Below, piece by piece: positions 59,633 to 64,000 of a DNA stretch of 64,000 nucleotides (positions are counted from its first letter, which is position 1; every line of letters begins with the position of its first letter). The stretch lies in NCBI GenBank assembly GCA_038087875.1, contig JAXLNO010000114.1:1-64000 (forward strand), written 5' to 3'. Position numbers and translations under genes: made by a program. The notes below the pieces were generated by a model. It saw only the letters and a list, made by a program, of their open reading frames with translations, did no database searches and was not told where the DNA came from. The DNA comes from Malacoraja senta (taxonomy: Eukaryota).

Positions 59633-60595
59633 AACTCTCTCTTGAAAACATCCAGTGAATTGGCCTCCACTGCCTTCTGTGGCAGGGAATTCCAGATTCA
59701 CAACTCTCTGGGTGAAAAAGTTTTTCCCCATCTCAATCCTAAATGACCTAGCCCTTATTCTTAAACTGTGGCTCCTGGTTCTGATAATATCCTAGTTATA
59801 TTATATAAATTATAACGTAAGGTATTTTATTAAGTGATCGATATAACCATAGCATGAGAACTATTGTGTTAGTGACAAGAATGCTTTGAATGGGTATGCT
59901 CTGTGATTGATGTGTTAGACTTTATTGCTCCAACTCTGCATAAACATGTGACTATGTTTCCAAAATACTATAAAAAGATGCTGTATGTCTTTGTTCATTA
60001 GAGTGATGGCCCAGGAGGGTTATGTATGTGTTGCATACTTGACTTTGTATCCCCTGGCACTCTCGCCGGCTAAATGATCAGTAAAGCTTGTGTTTGTTGA
60101 TCTAACTTCTTGTGAGTTGTCTGTTTTAAGAAATGAACCTTAACAGTTCTGTACTGCCCCAACATGGGGAACATGTTTCCTGCATCTACCCTGTCCAATC
60201 CCTTACTAATTCTATAAGATTCTCCGTCATCCTTCCGAATTTCAGTGAATACAAACCCAGTCGACCCATTCTTTCATCATGTGTCAGTCCTGCCATCCCA
60301 GGAATTAACCTTGTGAACCTATGCTGCACTCCCTCAATAGCAATAATATCCTTCCTCAAATTAGGAGTCCAAAACTGCACACAATACTCCAGTTGTGGCG
60401 TCACTGGGGCCCTGTACAACTGCAGTAGGACCTCCTTGCGCCTAAACTCGACTCCTCGCCCTATGAAGGCCAACATGCCATTAGCTTTCTACACTGCCTG
60501 CTGTACCTGCATGCATACTTTCAGTGACTGATGTACAAGGACACCCAGTTCTTATTGTACTTCCCATTTTCCTAACCTGACACCATTCAGATAAT
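59633..60595 (-). mobile_element. CR1 3' fragment interrupted by a solo LTR
   Basis: MLAFIGRGVEFRRKEVLLQLYR...LEYCVQFW; the sequence rejoins across 59782-60145. Confidence 0.85.
59782..60145 (+). mobile_element. Solo LTR (364 bp)
   Basis: TG...CA termini, 4-bp TSD GTTC (59778-59781, 60146-60149), TATAAAA at ~59969, AGTAAA at ~60080. Confidence 0.85.
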
Positions 60596-60771
60596 ACAGA
60601 GTGCTGGAGTAACACCTTACACTTCCTTATCTCTGTGTCTCCCTCTCCTGTGACTCTCAATCCTTCTCTCCAGAGATCCTGCCTGCCCTGCTGAGTTACT
60701 CCAGCATTGTGTCTGTCTGTGAAGAACATGTGGATAGGGAACGTTTTTCTGAGTCACGACCCTTCTTCAGA

Positions 60772-61105
60772 CCTGAAACATCGTCTATCCAAATTGACCA
60801 GAGATACTTCCTGACCCGCTGAATTACACCAGTACTCTGAAACATCACCGATCCATGTTCCACACAGATACTGCCTGACCCGCTGAGTTACTCCAGCACT
60901 CTGTGAAACTTCACCTATCTATGTTCCCCACAGATGCTGCCTGACGCGCTGAGTTACTCCAGCACCCTGTGAAACGTCACCTAACCATGTTCCCCACAGA
61001 TGCTGCCTGACCCGCTGAGTTACTCCAGCACTCTGTGAAACGTCACCTATCCATGTTCTCCACAGATGCTGCCTGACCCGCTGAGTTACTCCAGCACTTT
61101 GTGTC
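60772..61105 (+). repeat. 66-bp tandem array (~5 units), Penelope-terminal-repeat derived
   Basis: CTCCAGCACTCTGTGAAACGTCACCTATCCATGTTCTCCACAGATGCTGCCTGACCCGCTGAGTTA. Confidence 0.9.
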
Positions 61106-61532
61106 TATTGAGCAAGAGCATCCATATACAACTATCTGTCCAGTCCAAAGCTCAATGAATGACCACTCTACACATCACATACGGCTTCCTCTCACCTGAA
61201 AGTCTTTCATGCTTTGCTTAGGGTAGTTATCATTAACCATTTCACACAAGTGGTTAATGACTAGTTCACATTAACTTTGAAATGTCACCGATCTGTGTCT
61301 GTCTTCAATATTCACACCAATGGCGGAATGGCCCACTTTTGCACCTATTTTTTCTGTTCTCCTGGTTTCAGGGCTTTTACAAATGTTGGCATCGATGGAA
61401 TGGGTGTATTACGGGGAACGGAAATGGGCCACAGAGCAATAAAGAACCATTTTGCAGTAAAGAGCATAATTAAATCTAATTTTTAGACAGCAACTTCCAA
61501 TGTGCATTGAATTCATCGAATAAGTCGCTCCA

Positions 61533-61900
61533 GTTTGTGGTCAACACTCCCACCATGTGGTGGTCCGCTGCACTGTAGGCTAGGCCAATCTGTGGTCAAC
61601 ACTCCCACCATGTGGTGACCCGCTGCACTGCAGGCTCTTCTGGTATGTGGACAACACTCCCACTGCGTGGTGATCCGCTGCACTGCAGGTCCGTCGATAT
61701 AATTGGCCGGGCATGCAGTACAGCGGATCACCACACGGTGGGAGTGTTGACCACAGATCGGATGGGCCTGCAATGCAGCGGATCACCACACGGTGGGAGT
61801 GTTGTCCACATATCAGACGAACCTGCAGTGCAGTGGATCACCACATGGTGGGAGTGTTGACCACAAACTTGAAAGGCCTGCAGTGGAGCGGATGACCACA
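61533..61900. repeat. Foldback array: three direct 55-bp units followed by ~3.5 inverted units
   Basis: TGTGGTCAACACTCCCACCATGTGGTGATCCGCTGCACTGCAGG at 61536, 61591 and 61646; reverse complements from ~61712. Confidence 0.9.
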
Positions 61901-62029
61901 CGTTTTTTAAATTATACAAATACTTTTATTTCAAAAAAATAAATATAAACATACAGACTATTAACTCAATCAAAGACTGCGCATATTGATAGTTTACAAA
62001 CGTTCATCAGATTAATATATCGCCAACTT

Positions 62030-62668
62030 TATGTTGGCTTTCATAGCGAGAGGATTTGAGTATAGGAGCAAATAGGTCCTTCTGCAGTCGTACGGGGCCC
62101 TGGTGAGACCATACCTGGAGTATTGTGTGCAGTTTTGGTCTCCTAATTTGAGGAAGGACATTCTTGCTATTGAGGGAGTGCAGCGTAGGTTTACAAGGTT
62201 AATTCCCGGGATTGCGGGACTGTCATATCGTGAGAGAATGGAGTGGCTGGGCTTGTATACTCTGAAATTTAGAACAATGAGAGGGGATCTTATTGAAACA
62301 TATAAGATTATTAAGGGATTGGATACGTTAGAGGCAGGAAACATGTTCCCAATGTTGGTTGAGTCCAGAACCAGGGGCCATACAGTTTAAGAATAAGGGT
62401 TGGCCATTTAGGACTGAGATGAGGAAAAACTTTTACACACAGAGAGTTGTGAATCTGTGGGATTCTCTGCCCAGAAGGCAGTGGAGGCCGGTTCACTGGA
62501 TGTTTTCAAGAGAGAGCTAGATAGAGAATTGAAGATAGTGGAGTCAAGGGATATGGGGAGAAGGCAGGAACAGGGTACTGATTGGGGATGATCAGCCATA
62601 ATCACATTGAATGGCGGTGCTGACTCGAAGGGCTGAATGGCCTACTCCTGCACCTATTGTCTATGTTG
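62030..62668 (+). mobile_element. CR1 LINE 3' fragment
   Basis: RPYLEYCVQFWSPNLRKDILAIEG...RGDLIETYKI plus 3'UTR. Confidence 0.9.
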
Positions 62669-62862
62669 CTGTGTTTCTTCCCCTCTCTCTGACCCCAGGC
62701 ACGGCTGCCTTGATGAACACACATCACGGTTCTTGGTATGTTCAAGTGCTCACGCATGTTCTTGCTACACACGTTAAAGACACGCATGTGGCAGATATGT
62801 TGGTAAAATAAAGTTTCTCCCCTCTGCCCTCTTTCTCTCCCCCCTCTCTCTCTCTCTCCCCT

Positions 62863-62955
62863 TTTAGTTCAGAGATGCAGCGCGGAAATAGGCCCTTCGG
62901 CACACCGAGTCCGCGCCAACCAGCGATCGATCTCCGCCCATGAACACTATCCAAC
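62863..62955 (-). mobile_element. HE1-like SINE tail fragment
   Basis: Reverse complement resembles 33360-33440. Confidence 0.6.
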
Positions 62956-64000
62956 ACACTCACTCCCCCATTCCCCCCCCCTCCCTCCCTCCTCTCCATC
63001 ACTCCCATTCCCACCAGTTGAAGCTGGTTGAAGAATCTGTGTATGAAAGTCGGTTTAAAGATAGTTTTGTCTTTCTCTAAAACTTTAATCACCAATAAGT
63101 CGTGAAATATAGCTTCAAATTTTATGTGAACCTGAGCACTGCGCAGAGGGGAAAAATGTGAGTCCGAAAATGTAAAAATCTAAGCATCACCGCATAGCAT
63201 TTTGGCGAAAATAGTTTTAAAGATCCACACACATACAAGCTGAAACTTTTATAGGTTTAGAGATTTACGTTTCATTTACAGATGATAAACCAGTAACAGA
63301 CATTGTTCTGTGAATGAAGAATTTGCACAATGCTGCTGTTGTCACCATCAATCTGCAACAGGAGCGGGGGCCGCTGATGGTAAAGTCTCATCCGGGATCC
63401 TGCAGGTCCAGCTGCAATAAGCGAGTTTGGTATTCCGAAAATCGCATGGAATCAAAGGTTATTCGAGAATTTAAAAAAGCGAACGGGGTGCCTGGTAGTG
63501 GGGGAAAGCGGGGTGTAACAGCGAGAGAGAGGGGATAGATGCGAATGTGAGACAGGGGGAGAGAGTGGACCGACGGTGAGAGATGGGGGAGAAAGAAGGG
63601 GGGTGAAAGACGTGCGTGGGGAGACAAGAGAGAGAAATTTCAGTTAGACAGACAACCACTGGTAAAGCCATGGCTCGTTGCTTCTAGGAGAGTCGAGAAA
63701 ATGTCCTAAATCATGAGAATGCAACTTCAGAACCCCCTCGTCACGACCGCGCTGGAGATTTCCGCGGGTGCAACGATCAAATTACGTAAAGTTTGCGTTG
63801 AGTGAACTGAGTGTTCTTACCGTCCTCGCCGTACACCGGCGCTTTGTGAGAGTGATGTGAGGCATCGGTCATGCTCTGGAATCCTAGCCGGCCGCCGCCG
63901 AGCAGCGGGATCGAGGAGTCTGGTAGCTGGTGCCTCTCCACACGCCGCTGGAAAAACGGACAACTCTACTCCACGGGTCAGGCGCTGACTCCTCGACCCC

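Noticed and set aside
63300..64000. Gene or promoter at the window end
   Set aside because: CpG-enriched but with no recognisable ORF or termini, and cut by the window edge; cannot be assigned.

Overview
This is vertebrate genomic DNA, almost entirely transposable elements. The repeat mix (HE1-type V-SINE, CR1 LINEs with SGNH-esterase ORF1, fish-type L1, Rex1/Babar, Penelope, DIRS) suggests a cartilaginous fish, probably a skate or ray; this is an inference. The only host-type genes are two paralogous C2H2 zinc-finger genes with no visible N-terminal effector domain. They lie in an inverted ~2.8-kb duplication: one open 339-aa ORF at 31883-32902 (-) and one pseudogene at ~56134-57200 (+), each near a CpG-island promoter. 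The most striking structure is a family of non-autonomous Helitrons (A|TC ... GGGACCC-AAC-GGGTCCC hairpin ... CTRR|T). The copies share termini, carry different internal tandem arrays, and two carry a TATA/ETS/Inr promoter-like cassette. One of them is part of a ~24-kb nested stack: 5'-inverted L1 > Helitron > 80-bp array > full-length L1 > CR1, second L1 and a non-autonomous retroposon. Also present: a decayed DIRS element, a decayed hAT transposon, a Penelope element with hammerhead-ribozyme-like motifs, retroviral pol remnants, a solo LTR, two foldback structures, and a GC-rich retroposon family with a covarying RNA hairpin. All calls were made by eye; boundaries without stated terminal motifs or TSDs are approximate.
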